A stretch of DNA of 30,174 nucleotides from Alphaproteobacteria bacterium (lineage in GTDB: Bacteria > Pseudomonadota > Alphaproteobacteria > CACIAM-22H2). The translations under genes were made by a program, and so were the position numbers. Position 1 is the stretch's first letter. Every line of letters begins with the position of its first letter. Shown here one piece after another: positions 16,779-24,379 of this stretch. The stretch lies in assembly GCA_036260035.1 (NCBI GenBank), contig DATAAP010000334.1:1-30174 (forward strand), written 5' to 3'. Below the pieces are notes generated by a model that was given only the letters and a program-made list of their open reading frames with translations, made no database searches and was not told where the DNA came from.

Positions 16779-18265
16779 GCCCTGCGCAGCGCATGCCAGG
16801 CGCGGATGATCAGCGGCCAGAACAGGAACAGCACCGCCAGCGCGATGATCGTCCCTGAGATCGGCCGGGTGACGAGGATCGTCGGATCGCCCAGCGACAG
16901 CGTGAGGCTGCGCCGCAGCTGCTCCTCCAGCATCGGCCCAAGGACGAGGCCGAGAATGAGCGGCCCCTCCGGGAATTTGAGCTTGCGCAAGAGATAACCG
17001 ACCACGCCCGACACGATCATGACATAGACGTCGAATTCCTTGGTCTCGGCCGCATAGACGCCGATGAAGGCGAAGAACAGGGTGATCGGGCCGAGGATCT
17101 CGTAGCGGATGCGGATCAGCCGCACCCAGATCCCGATCAGCGGCAGGTTGAGGATCAGCAGCATCACGTTGCCGATATACATGCTGGCGATCACGCCCCA
17201 GACCAGGTCGGGATTTGTCTCGAACAGGCGCGGGCCCGGCCGCACGTCATTGAGGATCAGCGCTGCCAGCATGACGGCCGCCGTGCCTGACGCGGGAATG
17301 CCGAGCGTCAGGAGCGGCACCATCGCGCCGGTGGCCGATGCGTTGTTTGCGGCTTCCGGCGCCGCCACACCCTCAATGGCGCCCTTCCCGAACCGCTCCG
17401 GCGTGCGCGACTGCTTGCGTTCGGTCACGTAGGCGATCATCGACGCCGCCGTGGCGCCGATGCCTGGCAGGGTCCCCAGCCAGAAGCCGATCAGCGTGCC
17501 GCGTAGGATGGCCATGCGGGCGGCGACCCACTCCGCGGCGCCCGGCAGCAGGCGGTGGATCTTGTCGGGCACGGCGTCCTGCCGCAGGCGGCGCTCGATG
17601 TTCTCGAGCACCTCCGCCACGCCGAACATGCCGACGATCACCGGCAGGAAGCCGATGCCTTCCAGGAGTTCCGGCATGCCGAAGGTGAAGCGCGATACGC
17701 CGCTCTGGGTGTCGATGCCGACCGTGCCGATCATCAGCCCGAGCACGGCGGCGATCAGCCCCTTGACGAGCGACTGGCCGAGCAGGCCGCCGATGGTGGT
17801 CAGCGACAGGATCATCAGCGCGGCGTATTCGGGCGGGCCGAACGAAAGGGCGACTCTCGCCAGAGTCGGTGCTACCAGCATAAGCCCGAAGACGCCGGCC
17901 GTTCCGGCGATGAAAGACGCGATCGCCGCCATGCCGAGCGCCTGGCCGGCGCGGCCCTGGCGCGCCATCTGGTGCCCGTCGAGGCACGTCATGACCGACG
18001 TCGACTCACCCGGCAAGTTGAGCAGAATCGCCGTGGTCGAACCGCCATACTGGGCGCCGTAATAGATGCCGGCCAGCATGATTAGCGCCGAGGTCGGGTC
18101 CATGCCGAGGGTCGCGGGAATCAGAATCGCGACGCCGGTAATGGTGCCAAGGCCAGGCAGCACGCCGACTGCCGTCCCCAGCACCGTGCCGAGCAGGCAA
18201 TAGAGCAAGTTGTGCGGCGCAAGTGCGACCGCGAATCCGCTGGCGAGGCTCTGAATGATATCCAT
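16775..18265 (-). CDS. tctA: Tripartite tricarboxylate transporter large permease TctA (496 aa)
   Basis: [35 protein letters not shown] and [14 protein letters not shown] overlap with tctB. Confidence 0.96.
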   Translation of the reverse strand: MDIIQSLASGFAVALAPHNLLYCLLGTVLGTAVGVLPGLGTITGVAILIPATLGMDPTSALIMLAGIYYGAQYGGSTTAILLNLPGESTSVMTCLDGHQMARQGRAGQALGMAAIASFIAGTAGVFGLMLVAPTLARVALSFGPPEYAALMILSLTTIGGLLGQSLVKGLIAAVLGLMIGTVGIDTQSGVSRFTFGMPELLEGIGFLPVIVGMFGVAEVLENIERRLRQDAVPDKIHRLLPGAAEWVAARMAILRGTLIGFWLGTLPGIGATAASMIAYVTERKQSRTPERFGKGAIEGVAAPEAANNASATGAMVPLLTLGIPASGTAAVMLAALILNDVRPGPRLFETNPDLVWGVIASMYIGNVMLLILNLPLIGIWVRLIRIRYEILGPITLFFAFIGVYAAETKEFDVYVMIVSGVVGYLLRKLKFPEGPLILGLVLGPMLEEQLRRSLTLSLGDPTILVTRPISGTIIALAVLFLFWPLIIRAWHALRRA

Positions 18266-18729
18266 CAGATGGGCAGCACGCCGGAGGGCAGGCGCAGCTT
18301 CAGGATGACGACGAAGACGACGTGCGCGGCGACGACCACCGCCGCCGGCACGCCCAGCCAGAGCCACCAGCGCAGCCGCCCGAACAAGGGCGTGACCGCG
18401 ACCAGGAACAGGAAGGACGCCAAAATGAATCCGAGCGTCTCGAGAAGCAGCCCGTAGGCGACGAGCGCCACGAGCGCGAGGGCGATCTTGCCCAACCCTT
18501 GCGCGGTGAACTCTACCTTCTCTCCGCCCGCATCGCGCAGCAGCAGCGACTTGCCTAGCAACGTCAGGCAGAGAACGAGCATGATCGTGCCGAGGACGAG
18601 CGGCACGAACCCTGGCGTCGACGAGGTCGCATAGCGCGGAACGGGAAGTTGCCAGGCGAGGTATAAATAGAAAGCGGCCGCCGCGCTGAGGGCGGCGGCC
18701 GCGATCCCCTCAAGGTGCCTGAGGGTCAT
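18265..18729 (-). CDS. tctB: Tripartite tricarboxylate transporter small subunit TctB (154 aa)
   Basis: Four hydrophobic segments, PGFVP, LETLGF and C-terminal LRLPSG. Lies between tctC and tctA; C-terminal part of the listed 282-aa ORF. Confidence 0.9.
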   Translation of the reverse strand: MTLRHLEGIAAAALSAAAAFYLYLAWQLPVPRYATSSTPGFVPLVLGTIMLVLCLTLLGKSLLLRDAGGEKVEFTAQGLGKIALALVALVAYGLLLETLGFILASFLFLVAVTPLFGRLRWWLWLGVPAAVVVAAHVVFVVILKLRLPSGVLPI

Positions 18730-18733
18730 CCGG

Positions 18734-19702
18734 TCACTTCTTGAGCATGCCCAGCTTTTCGAACACGCCCTTGAACTGGTCGTGCTCCTTATTGACATAA
18801 GCCATGAGCTGATCGCCCACGAGCCAGCCGTCTTCCTGATACACCTTGGCGAGGTAGCCCTTCGTCCAATCATCGGTCGCGCGCATCTTGCCGAGCACGT
18901 CGACCCAGTAGTCGACGACCGCCTTCGGCAACCGCGGCGGCCCGCCGATCCCGCGCCAGTTGTAGCTGACCATGTCGACCCCGGCTTCCTTGAAGGTCGG
19001 CACGTTGGGGAAATCGGCGAGGCGCTTGTTGTCCGCGACGCCGAGGGCGCGCACCTGGCCCGCCTTGATCTGCTCGACGCATTCGCTCGGATTGGCCCAC
19101 GCCGCGTCGACATGCCCTCCGAGCAGGGTGGTGAGCACCTCGGAGCCGGCCTTGGTTACCAAATAGTTCGTCTCCTGCCCGATCGCCTTATCGAAGTCGA
19201 GCGAGGCCATGTGGTCCTGCGAGCCGGTCGCCGTGCCCGCGATGCTGAAGCGCTTGCCCTTCTTCTTCGCCTCGGCGACCGCGTCCTGCAGGGTCTTCAG
19301 CGGCGAGTCGGTCTTGACGATCAGGAAGTTGACGTCGTCGACCAGCTTCGCGATGTACGTGAAATCCTTCTTATAGTCCTGCGGCGCCTCGCCAAGCAGC
19401 TGCTGCAGCACCGGGTTGGGATCCATTATGCCGAGCGTGTAGCCGTCCGGCCGGGCCTGGCTGAACTGGGTGCGTGCGATGGCACCGCCGCCGCCGGGCT
19501 TGTTCACAATCGCGATCGGCACCGGCACGAGCTTGTGCTGCTCGATGACCTTGACGACGTTGCGGATCATAATGTCGCTGCCGCCGCCGGCAGCGTACGG
19601 CACGATGATCTCAATGGGACGCGATGGGTACTTGTCCTGCGCGGCTGCCGCAGTGATGCCGCCGAGAACGACCAGTACCGCAGCAAATATTCTATTGAGC
19701 AT
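18734..19702 (-). CDS. tctC: TctC/Bug-family periplasmic binding protein (322 aa)
   Basis: Signal peptide, YPSRPIEIIVPYAAGGGSD, VNKPGGGGA, PDGYTL, LLGGHVD and VPTFKEAG. GGAGG 7 nt before the ATG. Confidence 0.95.
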   Translation of the reverse strand: MLNRIFAAVLVVLGGITAAAAQDKYPSRPIEIIVPYAAGGGSDIMIRNVVKVIEQHKLVPVPIAIVNKPGGGGAIARTQFSQARPDGYTLGIMDPNPVLQQLLGEAPQDYKKDFTYIAKLVDDVNFLIVKTDSPLKTLQDAVAEAKKKGKRFSIAGTATGSQDHMASLDFDKAIGQETNYLVTKAGSEVLTTLLGGHVDAAWANPSECVEQIKAGQVRALGVADNKRLADFPNVPTFKEAGVDMVSYNWRGIGGPPRLPKAVVDYWVDVLGKMRATDDWTKGYLAKVYQEDGWLVGDQLMAYVNKEHDQFKGVFEKLGMLKK

Positions 19703-19743
19703 CAATTTTCCTCCCGAGTGCGGCTCTTTTGGCCGTCCGTTCG

Positions 19744-19771
19744 ATTATCAATCTATTGACGCAAAACGCAA
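19744..19771 (-). promoter_or_regulatory. Putative sigma70 promoter of tctCBA with internal palindrome
   Basis: Minus strand TTGCGT-N16-GATAAT. The near-palindrome TCAAT-ct-ATTGA (19748-19759) overlaps the spacer and the edge of the -10 element. Confidence 0.4.
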
Positions 19772-19840
19772 CGTGTTCGCTTCCAAGCCGGAAAGCGTGC
19801 CCTCATCAGCCGCCTGTAGGCCCCTTAGGACATTTCGCCC

Positions 19841-19894
19841 TTAACGGAAAATTTGCCATGCCTTAAGCCCGCCTTAAGCATAACGCGCTTTAAC
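19841..19894. promoter_or_regulatory. Phased TTAA half-site array (CtrA/OmpR-family-like) upstream of the motA-like gene
   Basis: TTAA at 19841, 19863, 19874 and 19890. The direct repeat GCCTTAAGC occurs at 19860 and 19871 (11-bp period), giving TTAA-N7-TTAA. Confidence 0.55.
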
Positions 19895-19929
19895 TCTACG
19901 GCGCGGGATCAGTGCAGTGGAGCTCTGGC

Positions 19930-20682
19930 ATGCCGTTCGATAACACGCGCTGGCGCCTTTTCGCCCACACCAACAACGCGGCGCAAGCGGTCGCCGACCT
20001 CGACGTTCACGCCCAGCAGGAGCGCATCCGCGAGGCGTTCAAGCCGACGCAGCCCTACGCCTACGACTACCTGCTGCTCTTTCGCTACGCACTCATCAAT
20101 CTGGCCGGCATCGCCCTGATGGCCGCCGCCTACATGCAGGGCTGGATCGACCTGGTCCGCCAAGCCGACCCGACACATCAATGCACGGCTATTTTCGCGG
20201 TGTTCCTCGCCGGACTGTTCATCTGCACGATGCAGGTCATCCGCATCAGCGCCGAGCTCAACCAGGCCCACGCCGCACACCCGTCGCCGAAGTCCCGCGC
20301 CGGCCGCTATTTCGCGCAGATCGCTACGCGCGGCGGCGAAAGCCGCGCGATGCTGGCAAGCGCCCTTAAGGCCAAGCTCATGGCCCGCACCGCCATCGTG
20401 CGCCACATCGCCGGCACGCTCGTCATCCTCGGCCTGATCGGCACCGTGGTCGGCTTCATCATCTCGCTGTCTGGCGTGAGCCCCGACGGTGTGGCCGACG
20501 CGAAGTCGATCTCGCCGATGATCTCCAAGCTGATCCTCGGCATGTCGGTGGCGCTGTACACGACCCTGGTCGGCGCGATCCTGAACGTCTGGCTCATGGT
20601 CTGCTACCACGTCCTCGTCTCCGGCACGATGCGGCTGGTGACCGCCATCGTCGAGCGCGGGGAGCTCGAAGGCCATGCATGA
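19930..20682 (+). CDS. MotA/TolQ/ExbB proton-channel family protein, 4 predicted TM (about 250 aa)
   Basis: Family motifs LGLIGTVVG and GMSVALYTTLVG (conserved Thr residues). Two additional N-terminal hydrophobic segments. GGAG 7 nt before the ATG at 19930 (ORF open from 19912). Confidence 0.88.
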   Translation: MPFDNTRWRLFAHTNNAAQAVADLDVHAQQERIREAFKPTQPYAYDYLLLFRYALINLAGIALMAAAYMQGWIDLVRQADPTHQCTAIFAVFLAGLFICTMQVIRISAELNQAHAAHPSPKSRAGRYFAQIATRGGESRAMLASALKAKLMARTAIVRHIAGTLVILGLIGTVVGFIISLSGVSPDGVADAKSISPMISKLILGMSVALYTTLVGAILNVWLMVCYHVLVSGTMRLVTAIVERGELEGHA

Positions 20683-21283
20683 CATTTTTGGCGACGACGA
20701 TGACAACGGCACGGTCTTCCGCGACGTCATCACGCTGGCGCTGTGCGGCTTCGTCGCCATCGTAGTTCTGCTGCTGCCGCATCTGAACCCGCCTGCCCAG
20801 GCGAACGTGGTCGAGGCGGTCGCTGCACCCGGCAATGTGATCGTCGAGATCCGCTGGCCCGACGGCAGCGACGCGGATGTCGATCTCTGGGTCCAGGCGC
20901 CCGGGGACGTGCCCGTGGGCTATTCGAACAAGGGCGGCGCCATCTTCAACCTGCTGCGCGACGATCTCGGCCGCGTCGGCGATCCGACCAACCAGAATTA
21001 CGAGATCTCCTTCAGCCGCGGCCTGCCGCCCGGCGAATACACGGTGAATGCCCATCTCTACCGCAACCCGAGCGGACGGCCGGTCGAGGTGACCATGGCG
21101 ATCAGCAGCAAGCCGAACGCGCAGTCGAGCGCCCGGCCGCTGCTGACGACCAAGCTCGTGCTGCGGCGCGAAGGCGAGGAGCTGACCGGCTTCCGCTTCA
21201 CCCTCGACGAGAACGGCCGCCTGCAGGCCGGCAGCGCGCACAATCTCTACAAGCCGCTGCGGTCCGCAGCCCAGAAGCGCTGA
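20675..21283 (+). CDS. MotB/ExbD-like single-TM protein with YfaP/DUF2135-like periplasmic domain (202 aa)
   Basis: TM FRDVITLALCGFVAIVVLLL aligns with MotB YADFMTAMMAFF (Asp17). The C-terminal domain has DADVDLWVQAPG...GG...RDDLG...NYE...PGEYTVNAHLY. 8-nt overlap with the motA-like gene. The ORF is secure; the domain call is by eye. Confidence 0.72.
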   Translation: MHDIFGDDDDNGTVFRDVITLALCGFVAIVVLLLPHLNPPAQANVVEAVAAPGNVIVEIRWPDGSDADVDLWVQAPGDVPVGYSNKGGAIFNLLRDDLGRVGDPTNQNYEISFSRGLPPGEYTVNAHLYRNPSGRPVEVTMAISSKPNAQSSARPLLTTKLVLRREGEELTGFRFTLDENGRLQAGSAHNLYKPLRSAAQKR

Positions 21284-21293
21284 CAGAGCGGCC

Positions 21294-21806
21294 ATGAACG
21301 ACCTCGTCTATCTCTTCGGCGGCGCCATCTTCGTCGCCTTCGTCCTGGCCAGCATCAGCATCTGGGCGCCGCGCCGCGTGGTCGTGCGCATGACGGCCTT
21401 CGTAGTCTCGGCGCTGTTCGTGCCGCTGAGCTATGCCGCTTTCGCGTCCCTGCTGTCGAAGCCGAAACCGGTGGCGCTCGAATGGCTGCGCGGAGCGACG
21501 CAGGAGGCGAACGTCCTCGGCGCGACGATCAACGAGGGCCAGGCGATCTATGTCTGGCTGCAGATGCCCGGTGTCGATGAGCCGCGCGCCTATACGCTGC
21601 CGTGGAGCATGGAGCTTGCCAAGCAGCTCCAGGAGGCGCGGCGCAAGGCCGAGGAGCAGGGGACGGGCCTCGGCATGCGGCTTCCCTTCGAGCATAGCTG
21701 GGACAAGCAGGAGCCGAAATTCTATCCCCTGCCGCAGCCCGCATTGCCGCCCAAGGACGCGCCCGCAGCGCCCATGGAACTCGAGCATCCCAGCACGCAA
21801 GCCTGA
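21294..21806 (+). CDS. Hypothetical membrane protein, 2 N-terminal TM plus soluble domain plus Pro-rich tail (170 aa)
   Basis: 10-nt gap from the previous gene; host-like codon usage. Two hydrophobic segments are separated by PRRVVVR. The tail EPKFYPLPQPALPPKDAPAAP has 8 Pro in 21 residues. Confidence 0.8.
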   Translation: MNDLVYLFGGAIFVAFVLASISIWAPRRVVVRMTAFVVSALFVPLSYAAFASLLSKPKPVALEWLRGATQEANVLGATINEGQAIYVWLQMPGVDEPRAYTLPWSMELAKQLQEARRKAEEQGTGLGMRLPFEHSWDKQEPKFYPLPQPALPPKDAPAAPMELEHPSTQA

Positions 21807-21807
21807 T

Positions 21808-21834
21808 CCGCGGGCCCGCGAGTTGACCGCGGGC
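21808..21834. other. GC-rich inverted repeats immediately after the three-gene module
   Basis: GCCCGCG-agttgac-CGCGGGC hairpin overlapping the palindrome CGCGGGCCCGCG. No U-tract, so not called as an intrinsic terminator. Confidence 0.35.
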
Positions 21835-21896
21835 GCCATGATCGTCTAAGCCCAACTCCGGAGCCGCGCCACTTTCTGGCGCGACGAAGGAGTGCC

Positions 21897-22694
21897 ATGG
21901 ACGACAGCGCGGTTTCAGCGGAATCGGTGTTGGTACGGCGCGAAGGCGCCATCGTCACCGTCACTCTCAACCGGCCGGACAAGTTCAACGCGCTTAACCT
22001 GCCGGCCTGGCGCCGCCTCGCCGAGGTGATGGGCGAGCTCGGCGCTGATATGAGCGTGCGCTGCATCGTGCTGCGCGGCGCCGGCGACAAAGCCTTCGCC
22101 GCGGGCGCCGACATCTCGGAATTCTCGAACGAGCGCGCGAACTCGGCCCAGGCTCACGCCTACGACCAGATCGTCAACCGCGCCACCAGCGGCATCGTGA
22201 ACTGCCCGCACCCGATCGTCGCCATGATCAAGGGCGCCTGCGTTGGCGGCGGGCTGGAGGTCGCGGCGATGTGCGATTTCCGCATCTGCGGCACGTCCAG
22301 CCGCTTCGGGGTGCCGATCAACCGCCTCGGCCTCACCATCGCGTATCCGGAGCTGCGCGGCATGCTGGCGCTGGTCGGCCGCGCCGTGACGCTCGAAATC
22401 CTGCTCGAAGGCCGCATCATGGGCGCCGACGAGGCATACGCGAAGGGCCTCGTCACCCGTGTAGTGCCGGATGACAAGGTCGAGGAAGAGACCTATGCGA
22501 CCGCGCGGCGGATCGCCGACGGTGCGCCGCTCGTCAATCGCTGGCACAAGAAGTTCGTTGGCCGCCTCGAATCCGGCGAAAAGCTGACGGACGCCGATGT
22601 GAAGGAGAACTACGCCTGCTACGACACCGAGGATTTCCGGACGGGCGTGGCGGCATTCCTCGCCAAGAAGAAGCCGGAGTTCAAGGGGCGCTGA
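21897..22694 (+). CDS. Crotonase / enoyl-CoA hydratase-isomerase superfamily protein (265 aa)
   Basis: LNRPDKFNAL, FAAGADI and CVGGGLE. RBS AAGGAG. TGATG coupling to the next gene. Confidence 0.94.
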   Translation: MDDSAVSAESVLVRREGAIVTVTLNRPDKFNALNLPAWRRLAEVMGELGADMSVRCIVLRGAGDKAFAAGADISEFSNERANSAQAHAYDQIVNRATSGIVNCPHPIVAMIKGACVGGGLEVAAMCDFRICGTSSRFGVPINRLGLTIAYPELRGMLALVGRAVTLEILLEGRIMGADEAYAKGLVTRVVPDDKVEEETYATARRIADGAPLVNRWHKKFVGRLESGEKLTDADVKENYACYDTEDFRTGVAAFLAKKKPEFKGR

Positions 22695-23929
22695 TGGCAA
22701 CGCAGGGCCCGCTCGCCGGCGTCAAGGTCGTCGAACTCGCACACATCATGGCGGGACCGGTCTGCGGGCTAATGCTCGCCGATCTCGGCGCCGACGTGGT
22801 TAAAGTCGAGAAGATCCCGGGCGGCGACGACACGCGCCGCATGCTGCCGCCGCAGATCGGCGACGAGTCCGCCGCCTTCATGATGATGAACCGCAACAAG
22901 CGGGGGATCGCGGTGGATCTGAAGAAGCCCGAGGGCGTCGAGGTGATGCGCCGGCTGCTGCGCGGCGCCGACGTGCTGATCGAGAACCACCGGCGCGGCA
23001 CAATGGAGCGGCTCGGCCTTGGCTACGACGATCTCGCCCGCGACAATCCCGGTCTGGTCTACTGTTCGGTCTCCGGGTTCGGTCGCACGGGGCCTTATGC
23101 CGACCGTGGCGGCTTCGACCTGATCGCGCAGGGCATGAGCGGTCTCATGAGCATCACGGGCGAGGGCCCTGGCCGCCCGCCCGTGAAGGTGGGAGCACCG
23201 GTAACCGACATCACCGCCGGCATCCTCGCGGCCATGGGCGTGCTCGCCGCATATACGCACCGCCTCAAGACAGGGCGGGGGCAGATGGTCGACACCTCGC
23301 TGTTCGAGGCGGGCATCGTCCACACCTACTGGCAGTCGGCGATCTGCCTCGCTACCGGCGTCTCGCCGGGTGCCATGGGCTCGGCGCATCCGTTGAATGC
23401 GCCCTATCAGGCCTTTCCGACGGCCGACGGCTGGCTGAACCTGGGCGCCGCCAACCAGCGTAACTGGGAGAAGCTGTGCGATGCGATCGGCGCGCCGGAG
23501 CTGAAAACCGATCCGCGCTTCGCGCTGAATGCCGGCCGCATGGCCAACATGGCGGCGCTCAACGACGTGCTTGACGCCAAGTTCCGCACGCGCAGCACAG
23601 CTGAGTGGCTGGAAATCCTCGAACGCGCGGGCGTCCCGGCCGGGCCGGTGCTGTCGATCGCCGAGATGCATGCCGACCCGCAGGCGCAGGCGCGCGACAT
23701 GGTGCCGACCGTGCGGCACAGGAGCGTCGGCGACGTGAAGACGATCGGAGCGCCGGTCAAGTTCTCGGACACGCCGGCCGCGGTGCGCCGCGGTGCGCCG
23801 CGTTTCGGCGAGCATACGCGCGAGGTGCTGCAGTCGCTCGGCTACGCCGCAGCAGAGATCGAGCGCCTGCTGCGGATCGGCGCCGTAGCCGCTGACGTTT
23901 CAGCGCCAGTCGCCGCCGCCGGGCGCTGA
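22694..23929 (+). CDS. Class III (CaiB/BaiF/Frc) CoA-transferase (411 aa)
   Basis: LAGVKVVE, AGP...LADLGADVVKVE, NRNKRGI, DVLIENHR, GFDLIAQG and catalytic Asp in PVTDITAG. Confidence 0.96.
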   Translation: MATQGPLAGVKVVELAHIMAGPVCGLMLADLGADVVKVEKIPGGDDTRRMLPPQIGDESAAFMMMNRNKRGIAVDLKKPEGVEVMRRLLRGADVLIENHRRGTMERLGLGYDDLARDNPGLVYCSVSGFGRTGPYADRGGFDLIAQGMSGLMSITGEGPGRPPVKVGAPVTDITAGILAAMGVLAAYTHRLKTGRGQMVDTSLFEAGIVHTYWQSAICLATGVSPGAMGSAHPLNAPYQAFPTADGWLNLGAANQRNWEKLCDAIGAPELKTDPRFALNAGRMANMAALNDVLDAKFRTRSTAEWLEILERAGVPAGPVLSIAEMHADPQAQARDMVPTVRHRSVGDVKTIGAPVKFSDTPAAVRRGAPRFGEHTREVLQSLGYAAAEIERLLRIGAVAADVSAPVAAAGR

Positions 23930-23959
23930 TTTCCCCCTTCTCGTAACGACGGACGACGT

Positions 23960-24379
23960 ATGACTGATAAAGCTCGGAAGGACGCGATTTCTCTTATCCG
24001 GCAGTACTACGAACGCTTCAACAGCGGCGACATCGAGGGCTTCCTTTCGCTGCTCACAGAGGACGTGATCCACGATCTGAGCCAAGGTCCGCGCGAGACT
24101 GGCAAGCCCGCCTTCCGGAAATTCCTGGAGCATATGAACCGCTGCTATCAGGAGCGCGTCCGCGATCTGGTCGTGATGGTCGACGAGACGGGCAGGCGCG
24201 CCGCCGCGGAGTTTCAGCTCGACGGGAAGTACATCGCGACCGATGGCGACCTGCCGCCCGCGCGCGGCCAGACCTACGTGCTGACGGTCGGCGCGTTCTT
24301 CGAGATCCGCAACGGTAAGGTCGCGCGCATCTCCAACACCTATAACTTTAAGGACTGGCTGCGCCAGGTGCAGGGATGA
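23960..24379 (+). CDS. SnoaL/NTF2-like 'ketosteroid isomerase-related' protein (139 aa)
   Basis: YYERFNSGD, LLTEDVIHD, RAAAEF and FFEIRNGKVAR fit the NTF2-fold pattern. ATGA overlap with the GNAT gene. Confidence 0.88.
   Translation: MTDKARKDAISLIRQYYERFNSGDIEGFLSLLTEDVIHDLSQGPRETGKPAFRKFLEHMNRCYQERVRDLVVMVDETGRRAAAEFQLDGKYIATDGDLPPARGQTYVLTVGAFFEIRNGKVARISNTYNFKDWLRQVQG

Noticed and set aside
19747-19760. FNR/FixK box
   Set aside because: The half-sites are in inverted order (ATCAA-N4-TTGAC rather than TTGAT-N4-ATCAA).
19930-21806. Calling the module Zorya (zorAB), flagellar motAB or exbBD/tolQR
   Set aside because: No OmpA-like domain in subunit B, no long ZorA tail or zorC/D/E genes, no flagellar genes, and no tonB/tolA/TBDT in the window.
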